Of a stretch of 28,302 bases of DNA, positions 17,917 to 25,885 are shown in pieces; positions within the stretch are counted from its first letter, which is position 1, and each line of letters starts with the position of its first letter. The DNA comes from an uncultured Phycisphaerales bacterium (GTDB taxonomy: Bacteria > Planctomycetota > Phycisphaerae > Phycisphaerales > SM1A02), in NCBI GenBank assembly GCA_938084645.1, contig CALKEP010000023.1, positions 1 to 28,302 on the forward strand. Direction: 5' to 3'. Under the pieces are notes generated by a model that had not been told where the DNA came from, did no database searches, and saw nothing but the letters and a program-made list of their open reading frames with translations. A program made the translations under genes and the position numbers.

Positions 17917-18570
17917 GTGAACAACTCCCAGACACATTCCGATCCGGGCCGCCCGGCGAGACGCTCCGCGTTCGCATGGGCGACGGTTCTGCTCGTGCTT
18001 GCCGTCGGGCTCTGGGCCGACCTCGCCACCAAGTCCTGGTCATTCGAGAACGTCGCGTCGGTCCCGATCGAACTTCGGTACGACGACGTGGTGTCCGGCG
18101 GCTTCAACATCCCCTGGCACGAGGGTGAGCGGGTGCTCCCGATGGACCTGCTCGACTTCCACCTGGTCTTGAATCGAGGGGCGGTGTTCGGAATCGGGCA
18201 GGGGCGCAGGGTGGTGTTCGTCGTGTTCACGGTCGTCGCGGTGGGCGTCGCCTTCGCGGTGTTCGGTTGGTGGACGCAGGCCCGCTCGCATCTCGCGCAC
18301 ATCGCCATCGGACTGATTCTCGCGGGCGGCCTCGGCAACCTCTACGACCGGGTGAACATCGGAGCGGTACGGGACTTCCTGCACATGCTGCCGCGCTGGG
18401 AACTGCCGTTCGGTCTCGCGTGGCCGGGTGGTACCACCGAGGTGTTCCCATGGGTGTTCAACGTGGCCGACGTCCTGCTGCTCGTCGGCATGGGCCTGCT
18501 CCTGATTCACGTGCATCTCGCGGATCGGCAACAGGCTCGCGAGCGGGCCGGCTCGAACGCGTCGGACTGA
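17917..18570 (+). CDS. lspA: Lipoprotein signal peptidase (signal peptidase II)
   Basis: [32 protein letters not shown]; four TM segments. Confidence 0.95.
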   Translation: MNNSQTHSDPGRPARRSAFAWATVLLVLAVGLWADLATKSWSFENVASVPIELRYDDVVSGGFNIPWHEGERVLPMDLLDFHLVLNRGAVFGIGQGRRVVFVVFTVVAVGVAFAVFGWWTQARSHLAHIAIGLILAGGLGNLYDRVNIGAVRDFLHMLPRWELPFGLAWPGGTTEVFPWVFNVADVLLLVGMGLLLIHVHLADRQQARERAGSNASD

Positions 18571-18601
18571 CTCCGATCGGGCCGGTCCGGCCGTCGTCGT
18601 C

Positions 18602-19495
18602 TCAATCCCCCAGCATCGACAGCGCTTCCTCCAGCGGAAGAACCGCGGCATCCGGCAGGATCTCGGGGAGATCGTCGGGATCGACCGCGTGTTCGAGACC
18701 GAACGGTCCGACCGCGGTTCGTCGAATCGAAGCGCAATGACCACCGGTGCCCAGCGCGGTGCCCAGGTCGCGGGCGAGACTGCGCACGTAGAAACCCTTC
18801 TCGCAGGTGACTTCGACCGTCGCGAGGGGCCAGGCGTAGTCGACGAGCGCGATGTCGTGGACTTCCACCGGTCGTGGCTCGAGCTTCGGAGCGTCACCGC
18901 GGCGGGCGGCCGCATAGGCCCGTTGTCCACCGACCTTCTTGGCGCTGAAGTCCGGAGGCACCTGGGGAAAGACCCCGGTGAACCGCTCGGCGAGCATCGC
19001 CGCCACGGTCTCGCGTGCTGGCGGCATCTCCACCTCGACCGGTTGCAGCTCACCTTCGCGGTCGTCGGTCGCGGTGAAGGCCGACAGATCGATCTCGGTG
19101 CGATAGCCCTTCCGGGTCTTCATGAAGCGTTCCAGGTGTTTCGTGGCGGCCCCGACACCCACCACCAGGACACCGGTGGCGAGGGGATCGAGCGTGCCGG
19201 CATGTCCCGCCTTCAGGCCGGCCTTCCGCCGGACGATCGAGACCACGGTCATCGAGCTCATGCCGCTCGGTTTGTCGACGACCACGATGCCGGGAGGTGG
19301 GGGAGGTTCGGTCCGCGGCGTTCGACGACCACCACCGTTCCGCTCGGATCGAGGTTTTCGATCACCTCGTCGGTGTGATCCGGCCCCGTATCGGACGCCC
19401 GCCTCGCGATCATCGGGCTGGTTTCGAGGATCCGGAGATGGAGGTGGATCGGCGGGGGCTTCCGGTCGATCCTCCGGCTTGTCGGGGACGGTCAT
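18602..19495 (-). CDS. truB: tRNA pseudouridine(55) synthase
   Basis: GIVVVDKPSG, KAGHAGTLDPLATGVL, QVPPDFSAKKVGGQRAY, CEKGFYVRSLARDLG, RRTAVGPF; about 68-aa Pro/Arg-rich N-terminal extension and no C-terminal PUA domain. Confidence 0.95.
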   Translation of the reverse strand: MTVPDKPEDRPEAPADPPPSPDPRNQPDDREAGVRYGAGSHRRGDRKPRSERNGGGRRTPRTEPPPPPGIVVVDKPSGMSSMTVVSIVRRKAGLKAGHAGTLDPLATGVLVVGVGAATKHLERFMKTRKGYRTEIDLSAFTATDDREGELQPVEVEMPPARETVAAMLAERFTGVFPQVPPDFSAKKVGGQRAYAAARRGDAPKLEPRPVEVHDIALVDYAWPLATVEVTCEKGFYVRSLARDLGTALGTGGHCASIRRTAVGPFGLEHAVDPDDLPEILPDAAVLPLEEALSMLGD

Positions 19496-19507
19496 CCCGA
19501 TACACTA
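19479..19507. promoter_or_regulatory. Overlapping divergent promoters for tRNA-Ser (+) and truB (-)
   Basis: Plus strand: TTGTCG (19479-19484), 16 nt, TACACT (19501-19506). Minus strand: TAGTGT (19507-19502), 6 nt before the truB ATG. Confidence 0.55.
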
Positions 19508-19516
19508 CCTCGTCCC

Positions 19517-19605
19517 GGACAGGTGTCCGAGCGGCTGAAGGAGCGGCATTGGAAATGCCGTGTACGGAATTTTCCGTACCGTGGGTTCGAATCCCACCCT
19601 GTCCG
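19517..19605 (+). tRNA. tRNA-Ser (anticodon GGA), CCA not encoded
   Basis: GGACAGG/CCTGTCC acceptor, CGGCA-TT GGA AA-TGCCG anticodon arm, long variable arm GTACGGAA/TTCCGTAC, GTGGG-TTCGAAT-CCCAC T-arm, discriminator G. Confidence 0.97.
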
Positions 19606-19656
19606 CTTTTGGTCGAAGTCGTGTGGCTCGGCACGGTTCGGCAGACAATTCGATCG

Positions 19657-19730
19657 CGGGCTGTAGCGCAGCTTGGTAGCGCGCCATACTGGGGGTGTGG
19701 AGGTCGCAGGTTCAAATCCTGTCAGCCCGA
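19657..19730 (+). tRNA. tRNA-Pro (anticodon GGG), CCA not encoded
   Basis: CGGGCTG/CAGCCCG acceptor, GCGC/GCGC D-stem, CCATA-CT GGG GG-TGTGG anticodon arm, GCAGG-TTCAAAT-CCTGT T-arm. Confidence 0.96.
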
Positions 19731-19736
19731 CCTGAA

Positions 19737-19775
19737 ATCGACCCCGTCGCATTCGCGACGGGGTCGATCGTTTTT
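19737..19775 (+). terminator. Intrinsic terminator of the tRNA-Ser/tRNA-Pro unit
   Basis: ATCGACCCCGTCGC-attc-GCGACGGGGTCGAT (14-bp stem) followed by CGTTTTT. Confidence 0.85.
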
Positions 19776-19874
19776 CGAACGCCGGGCTTCCCCGAGCCCG
19801 GCACGCCGGTCGAGGGTGTCGATTCGCCAAGAGTTACGATGACCCGGTCGATCAGCTCGACGAAAGGAGCCCGG

Positions 19875-21041
19875 ATGATCGGAGCAATCTTGTCGGCTCT
19901 GGTCGTGGCCGCTTCCGCGGCGACGCCGCCCGCGGTCGAGGATGCGTCGTCGCTCGCGGTTCGTCTCGATGAAATCCGTGCTCGTTTCGACCTTCCGGCG
20001 ATCGCCGCGTTCGCCATGAAGGGAGACGAGATCGTGGCGATCGAGGCGGTGGGGGTGCGGGCGCGAGGCGATGCATCGGTCGTGACGGTCGATGATCGCT
20101 GGCATCTCGGTTCCTGCGGCAAGGCGATGTCCGCGACGGTGCTCGATCTGCTGGTCGCCCGCGGCGACCTCGTCTGGGACACCACCATCGGCGAGGTGTT
20201 CGCCGACTTGGAAGAAGTCCTTCCCGCGTGGCACGACGTGACGCTTCGGCGCCTGGTCCAGCACCGATCCGGCCTTCCCGAGGATGGTCGGGAGCCCCTC
20301 TTCGCCTTGCGAACGATGCCGCCGGAGGCATCCCTGCCCCGGCAACGGCTCCGACTGGTTCGTCTCGTTCTCGCGCAACCGCCCGTCGAGATCGATGGAT
20401 CGAAGATGCGGTATTCGAACTTCGGTTATGCGATCGCCGCCGCGATGGCGGAGCGTCGGACGGGTCGGGACTGGGAGTCGCTGTGTCGGGAACTCCTGTT
20501 CGATCCGCTCGGGATGTCCCATGCGGGGTTCGGTGCCCCGGGATCGATGGAGACCGTCGACGAGCCACGCGGTCACCGAAACGACGTTCCGATCCCGCCA
20601 TCCCCGTTCGCGGACAATCCGCCGGCGATCTCCGCCGCAGGCACCATCCACGCGACCATGACCGACTGGTCGAAGTTCCTCGCAGCCCACCTCGATGCGG
20701 CTCGAGGCGAACCGGGCTCGTTCGATGCCGGTCGTCTGCGGGCGCTGCAGCGTCCGGCCGACGGCGGGGACTACGCATCGGGATGGGTGGTGGTCCGACG
20801 CGACTGGACGAAGGGTCCCGTGCTGATGCACAACGGAACCAACACGCTCTGGTTCGCGGTGGTCTGGATGGCACCCGCGCGGGACTGGGTGATGGCGGCG
20901 GTCACGAACGCCGGCGGACCGAGTGCCGCGAAGGCGTGCGACGCGGCGATCGGCGTCCTGATCGGTGAATTGCGCCGACTCGAGCAGGCCGACGCGATCC
21001 CCCCGCCGGAAAAGCCCGAAACCGGATCCGGTTCGGGGTGA
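19875..21041 (+). CDS. Secreted serine hydrolase, beta-lactamase/class C-like family
   Basis: AAGGAG 5 nt before ATG 19875; signal peptide; SxxK (GSCGK), LVQHRSGL, YSN, LFDPLGM, HNG motifs. Confidence 0.9.
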   Translation: MIGAILSALVVAASAATPPAVEDASSLAVRLDEIRARFDLPAIAAFAMKGDEIVAIEAVGVRARGDASVVTVDDRWHLGSCGKAMSATVLDLLVARGDLVWDTTIGEVFADLEEVLPAWHDVTLRRLVQHRSGLPEDGREPLFALRTMPPEASLPRQRLRLVRLVLAQPPVEIDGSKMRYSNFGYAIAAAMAERRTGRDWESLCRELLFDPLGMSHAGFGAPGSMETVDEPRGHRNDVPIPPSPFADNPPAISAAGTIHATMTDWSKFLAAHLDAARGEPGSFDAGRLRALQRPADGGDYASGWVVVRRDWTKGPVLMHNGTNTLWFAVVWMAPARDWVMAAVTNAGGPSAAKACDAAIGVLIGELRRLEQADAIPPPEKPETGSGSG

Positions 21042-21081
21042 GATCGGCGTGGGGGTGGTAGGGTCCGGGACGGAGGCTCTC

Positions 21082-23019
21082 ATGAACGACCGCATTCGAT
21101 CCATCCTGATTCCGCTGATCGCCGTCGTCCTGTCGACGGCATCGACTCCGGCCGACGCTCAGCCGCCGCCCCAGCGATGGACGACCTCCGGCACGGAACT
21201 GAAGCCGGCCGCCGATTCGCTTCCAGTCGCCGAGACCCGGCCGATACCGAGATCGGAGATCGAGTCGGGGCTTGCGATCTCCGGTCGCGGCACGCCGTTC
21301 ATCATCGCGCCGCGGATCGACGGGATCCCCGGGGGACTGGCGACCGATGCCGTCACCCTCGAGGCCTGGGTCTCGATCGACATGCCCACGCAGTGGGGTG
21401 GTGTCGTCGGGGCGCTCCAGGACAACGGCGCGGCCGAGACCGGGATGATCCTCGGCTATGGCTACGAAAAGCCCTACTTCGGAATCTCGAGCACTGGTCT
21501 CGACGACGAGGACGGGCGGATCACGTATCTCGAGTCCTCCACGCCCTACACGATCGGGAAGTGGCATCATCTCGTCGGCACCTACGACGGGACGACCATG
21601 AATCTCTACATGGACGGGGAGAAGGTGGCCGAGAGCGTGGACCAGTCCGGCCCGATCCGATTTCGTGGTGATGAACCGCTGGTGATCGGCGGCTACCTCG
21701 ACCGGAACGAGGATCACGGCCTCGACGGTCGGATCTTCGAGGTCTCGATCCTTCCCAAGGCGATCTCGGCGGCGGATGTCCGACGCCGATTCGCCCGACA
21801 TGCGGATCTCGCCGCGCTGCCCCCGGAGATCGACACGACCCTGGCGTGGATGGTGGAACCGTTCCTCGTCTGGCCGACCACCGAGGCGATGAGCGTCGTG
21901 GCGGAGACGATCGCGCCGTCCGCGATGGAGGTTCGGGTCCGGGACGAATCGGGCGACTTCCAGCGCACGTGGCGGAACGAGCAGGCCGCTCGGATCCACG
22001 AGTTCCGCCTCGACGGGCTCGATGCGAACACCAAGTACTTCTACGAGGTGGTGGCCGACGCGGGGGAGTCGTCGCTTTCCGGCGGCGTGAAGACGTTCCG
22101 CACCGCCGCCGATCGCGGGGACCCGTTCACCTTCGTCGCGATCGGGGACACCCAGTCGCAGCCCGCGGTCGTGAAGCGGATCGCGGATCTGGCGTTCGAG
22201 ACGCGGCCCAGTCTCCTCGTCCACGCCGGTGACCTCGTGACCACCGGTGGTGACAAGGGGCACTGGACGAGTCACTTCTTCCCGAACATGCGACCACTCA
22301 TCGAGCGGGTCGCGATCATGCCCGTGCTCGGAAACCACGAGCAGGATGCGAAGCTCTATTACGACTACATGAGCCTGCCCGAGCCGGAACGCTGGTACAC
22401 GTTTCGCTACGGCGACGCCGACTTCTTCATGATCGACGGCAATCGATCACTGGCGGATCAATCCGCGCAACTCGAGTGGCTCGATGCCGCACTCGCGGCC
22501 AGCGACGCGGAGTGGAAGTTCGCGGTGCTGCACCAGCCGCCCTGGACCAGCGACTCCAACGACTACGGCGACACCTACGAGACCTCCTCGAAGCGAGGTG
22601 ATCCCAACGCCCGGAACATCACGTCGCTGCTCGAAAAGCACGGGGTCGACATCTGCTTCAGCGCTCACGTCCACGACTACGAACGGACGTTTCCGATGGT
22701 CGGCGAGGACGTGGTGCCTTGGGACGAGGGTGGCGTGATCTACGTGACGACCGCCGGCGGCGGCGGTTACCTCGAGGATTTCGATCCCGCGAACACCACT
22801 TTCGGACATCGGAAGGCCAGGCGGCACCACTTCGTCTACTGCGGGATCCACGACGGGATCCTCGAGTTTCAGGCGATGGACGAGGAGGGGCGATTGTTCG
22901 ACGTCATGAGCCTCGACAAGCGTGACGGTCGAAGGTCGGTGGCGAGAGCCGCCAGAAGAGGTGTCGAGATCGCGCCGAGGAAGCCGACCTGGCGGGATTC
23001 GCCCGCTGACGACCGGTGA
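21082..23019 (+). CDS. Secreted LamG-like + FN3/purple-acid-phosphatase N-domain + calcineurin-like metallophosphoesterase
   Basis: GGAGG SD; signal peptide; TLEAWV..WHHLVGTYDG..LYMDG (LamG); H..LDGLDANTKYFYEV; GDTQ, AGDLV, LGNHE, HQPP, AHVHDYER. Confidence 0.9.
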   Translation: MNDRIRSILIPLIAVVLSTASTPADAQPPPQRWTTSGTELKPAADSLPVAETRPIPRSEIESGLAISGRGTPFIIAPRIDGIPGGLATDAVTLEAWVSIDMPTQWGGVVGALQDNGAAETGMILGYGYEKPYFGISSTGLDDEDGRITYLESSTPYTIGKWHHLVGTYDGTTMNLYMDGEKVAESVDQSGPIRFRGDEPLVIGGYLDRNEDHGLDGRIFEVSILPKAISAADVRRRFARHADLAALPPEIDTTLAWMVEPFLVWPTTEAMSVVAETIAPSAMEVRVRDESGDFQRTWRNEQAARIHEFRLDGLDANTKYFYEVVADAGESSLSGGVKTFRTAADRGDPFTFVAIGDTQSQPAVVKRIADLAFETRPSLLVHAGDLVTTGGDKGHWTSHFFPNMRPLIERVAIMPVLGNHEQDAKLYYDYMSLPEPERWYTFRYGDADFFMIDGNRSLADQSAQLEWLDAALAASDAEWKFAVLHQPPWTSDSNDYGDTYETSSKRGDPNARNITSLLEKHGVDICFSAHVHDYERTFPMVGEDVVPWDEGGVIYVTTAGGGGYLEDFDPANTTFGHRKARRHHFVYCGIHDGILEFQAMDEEGRLFDVMSLDKRDGRRSVARAARRGVEIAPRKPTWRDSPADDR

Positions 23020-23061
23020 TTCATGCCGGTCGCATGTGCGTCCGACCGGGTGATGCGGAGT

Positions 23062-23358
23062 TCAGGCGAAGAGCGAGCGGACGATGCCGATCGGATGGAT
23101 TCGTCGTCGGGTTCTTCCGCCTTCGAGCCGAAGCGTGAACACGGTCGTTTCTCGAACCCGAACGGCGATGGATCCGGATTGCCGCCGAGGCGGGTCCGGG
23201 ACCCTCACGCCGAGGTTCGACGCGGCACGGCGGAGCCGGAGCAGCGGCGCCCACGAGGACGCGTCCACGGTGAAGCGGTCGTCTTCACCGTGGATGCGGA
23301 TCTCGTGTCTGCCGACGGAGGCGGTGAGGTCGGCCTGGATGTGGAGTGGCTGGATCAC
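23062..23358 (-). CDS. Hypothetical protein (98 aa, basic)
   Basis: GTG start overlaps the stop of the upstream 67-aa gene (GTGA at 23358-23355); protein-like beta-rich pattern; fills the gap convergent to the phosphoesterase gene. Confidence 0.6.
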   Translation of the reverse strand: MIQPLHIQADLTASVGRHEIRIHGEDDRFTVDASSWAPLLRLRRAASNLGVRVPDPPRRQSGSIAVRVRETTVFTLRLEGGRTRRRIHPIGIVRSLFA

Positions 23359-23558
23359 TGGCCTTCGTGCGTCTTGGTCCGGATGCGCATCGTGCCGTCG
23401 AGCTTCCAGGGTGCGTGCTTCGCGCCATCGCCGGTACCGCTCGGGATGTGAATGCTCATGTCCTCGAAGGTGTAGATGATCTCGGCGTTCTTGCCCGTGA
23501 GTTGTTCATAGAGGCCGATCGCGAGCTCCGGCCAGGTATGGGTTCCGTTGTCCGACAT
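23355..23558 (-). CDS. Small hypothetical protein (67 aa)
   Basis: GGAG SD 6 nt before ATG 23558; MSDNGTHTWPELAIGLYEQLTGKNAEIIYTFEDMSIHIPSGTGDGAKHAPWKLDGTMRIRTKTHEGQ. Appears in the ORF track only as the tail of a spurious 520-aa ORF. Confidence 0.75.
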   Translation of the reverse strand: MSDNGTHTWPELAIGLYEQLTGKNAEIIYTFEDMSIHIPSGTGDGAKHAPWKLDGTMRIRTKTHEGQ

Positions 23559-23650
23559 GCTGATCTCCAGTGTTTGCGGCATCGAAACCACTCGACCATC
23601 GGGTCGAATGATCGCGCCGAAGACGAGTTCGTCGGAAAGCCCATCGGGAT

Positions 23651-25450
23651 TCAAGGAGGCGAGACGGACCCGGTCGTGGTCGATGATCGAGACCCCGATG
23701 TCGATACCGGCGCGTCCACCTTCCGGTCGAGCGCGCGGATCCGCAGGGACCGGAAGTCGACTTCGACGTCCATGTTCGCGTGAAGTTGCAGGGCGAGGTG
23801 CCCGCGACGGCGTCCCGGGTCGTCCCGCAGGCTCGCGGTCGGATAGCCGTCGACGAAGACATCGACGTCCCCGCCCACCGCGCGGACCCGCATCTCCAGC
23901 CACTCCCCGCTGCGGGAACGCATTTCCTCGATCATCGCGGGGTCGGGCTTGATCACCCAGCCGCGACCGCGGGTCTCGTAGAGGCCGCCGACCTCGGGGG
24001 TGGGGTCGATCTCGGCCTGGAAGCCGCTCACGCCGATCGCGTCGCCCAGTTCTTCGACCCGGTGATAGAAGCCGGAGTCGCCCTTGTTGATGCGAAAGGA
24101 GAGGACGGCTTCGAAGTCGTCGTACTCCCGGTCCGTGACGAGCAGGCCGTGGCGGGGATCGTCCTTGGTGATGCGCCCCTCGAGCACCCCGTCGTTCCAG
24201 GTCCAGGTGCCACCGGGCAGGACGTGCCATCCATCGAAGGAATCCGGGACGAGCAGTTCGGTCCAGTCGTCCGCGACCCAGTCGTGGTCGCGATCGAGTC
24301 CCAGCATCCGCCGATTCACGCGACGGAATCGGATCTCCTCGTAAGGGTGGTTCACGCCCGCCTCGTAGAGGCACGCAAACCCCGCAAGTCCCGCCCGGCC
24401 TCCGACCGTCGCGAGCGAGGAGTACGCGGACGGTCCGCCGTGAAGGACATTCCCCTTCGACCAGGTGTGACCGCCGTCCCGACTGCGGCGGATCGTCAGG
24501 TTGGTCCGCCCACTCGGATTCGCGGGGTTGGAGAAGACGAGCACGCGGCCATCGTGTGAAGCCACCATGGAAGCCTGGCAGATGGGTTCGGGCAGAGCCG
24601 GATCCCTGGTCACGACGCTCCAGGTGTCTCCTCCGTCGGTGGAGCGTGAGAGGGCCCGAGCCCGCTTCGAGCGATCGTAGTTCCGCATGTTCAAGAGGAG
24701 TGAACCGTCCTCGAGTTCCGCGACCGCGCACTCGTTCACCTGATGCGAGGGAGTCCGGCCCACGATCTTCCAGGTTCTCCCGTGATCGTCGCTTGCGATG
24801 CAGTGCGAGTAATAGTGTTTCGTTCCGGCTTCGATGTGGTCGCAGGGAATCAGGAGTCGACCCGCCTTCGGGCCGGATCGAAGCTGGATTCCGTTGCCGG
24901 GGCCGGTGGCGTACCACGTCCAGTCCGGGCGCTTGGTGGTCGAGGTGATCTCGCGCGGCTCGCTCCAGCTCGCACCGTGGTCGTCGCTGGTCAGGACCCA
25001 GACGGTCCTGGTTCCCTCGGAAGTCCCGGCGATGATCTCGGATTCGTGATCGTGTCCGAGGTTTCGAGTGGCCAGAAGGTGGATGGTGCCGTCGGACCAG
25101 TCGACGACCGGGCAGGGATTGCCGCAGGTGTTCGCGCCGTCGTCCCAGACGACCTCCAGGTCACTCCAGGTGTCACCTCCGTCACCGCTTCGTCGAAGCA
25201 CCAGATCGATGTCGCCCGAGTCGCCGCGGCCGCCGACTCGCCCTTCGGCGAAGGCGAGCAGGTCACCGTTGCGGGCTTCGATCAGGGCGGGGATCCGAAA
25301 GGTGTCGTAGTCAGGGCCACCGGCCCGGAAGATCGCGAGATCGGTTTCGGGCGGGTCGGCGACGCCCCCTTCGATCGAGACCGGGGCGAGGCCTGCGAGC
25401 AGGACGAAGGTGAATCCGCCGAGGCGAAGCGTCCTTGGAAGGCTTGTCAT
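23651..25450 (-). CDS. Secreted sialidase (GH33-like) fused to a DUF1080 / 3-keto-disaccharide hydrolase domain
   Basis: GGAGG SD, signal peptide, FRIP motif, five Asp-boxes (SxDxGxxW), NECAV, LNMRN, GRTNL, AYSS; C-terminal SFDGW..WTWNDGVLEG..LVTDREYDDF..DSGFY..GFQAEI..GHLALQLH..FRSLRIR. Confidence 0.88.
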   Translation of the reverse strand: MTSLPRTLRLGGFTFVLLAGLAPVSIEGGVADPPETDLAIFRAGGPDYDTFRIPALIEARNGDLLAFAEGRVGGRGDSGDIDLVLRRSGDGGDTWSDLEVVWDDGANTCGNPCPVVDWSDGTIHLLATRNLGHDHESEIIAGTSEGTRTVWVLTSDDHGASWSEPREITSTTKRPDWTWYATGPGNGIQLRSGPKAGRLLIPCDHIEAGTKHYYSHCIASDDHGRTWKIVGRTPSHQVNECAVAELEDGSLLLNMRNYDRSKRARALSRSTDGGDTWSVVTRDPALPEPICQASMVASHDGRVLVFSNPANPSGRTNLTIRRSRDGGHTWSKGNVLHGGPSAYSSLATVGGRAGLAGFACLYEAGVNHPYEEIRFRRVNRRMLGLDRDHDWVADDWTELLVPDSFDGWHVLPGGTWTWNDGVLEGRITKDDPRHGLLVTDREYDDFEAVLSFRINKGDSGFYHRVEELGDAIGVSGFQAEIDPTPEVGGLYETRGRGWVIKPDPAMIEEMRSRSGEWLEMRVRAVGGDVDVFVDGYPTASLRDDPGRRRGHLALQLHANMDVEVDFRSLRIRALDRKVDAPVSTSGSRSSTTTGSVSPP

Positions 25451-25885
25451 GGTCAGATCCTCCAGGGGGATCCTAGATCATGGGGGAAGGGAGCCGGCGT
25501 TCTCCGGCGTCCAGCGAAGGTGTGGTGGCGACGACGTTTCCGGTCATCGGGGATGGGGGCCGGCAGAGGAACCCCGCCGTGCCGCATCACGATTCTCCGG
25601 GCGAGGAGCGCGAGCGTCCTACCGCCCATGCGTGTGCCGACAGACGCGGAAGCCTTGAAAATAAGAGCTGTGATTCGCCATTCACGGCCGAACAAGTGTT
25701 TGGCGGCTTTTCGGTGAAGTGGCTCAAAACGCTTGGGGAAAACGCTTGTTCATACCCAGAGCGCGATCTAGATTCGGGGCGGCCGAGCGATAGCCTCGGA
25801 ACTCCACGCGTCCTGCTCCGGCTTTCGACCCCCGTTCGTTTCCGGATGCTTCCAAACCCCGTTTCTAGAAATCGGAGAGAAAGAT

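Noticed and set aside
2508..19730. tRNA genes as integration sites of a mobile element
   Set aside because: No integrase, transposase or duplicated tRNA 3' end was seen within the window.
19875..21041. Serine hydrolase as an antibiotic-resistance beta-lactamase
   Set aside because: SxxK/YxN/HxG motifs are shared by many esterases and peptidases; HNG rather than KTG argues against a true AmpC.
23355..24917. 520-aa minus-strand ORF as a frameshift fusion with the sialidase
   Set aside because: Only the last 67 codons look coding and they have their own SD; the sialidase-DUF1080 frame is complete without a shift.
756..25450. Gfo/Idh/MocA gene and DUF1080 domain as one 3-keto-glycoside pathway cluster
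   Set aside because: They are over 21 kb apart and separated by unrelated housekeeping genes; both families are highly expanded in Planctomycetes.
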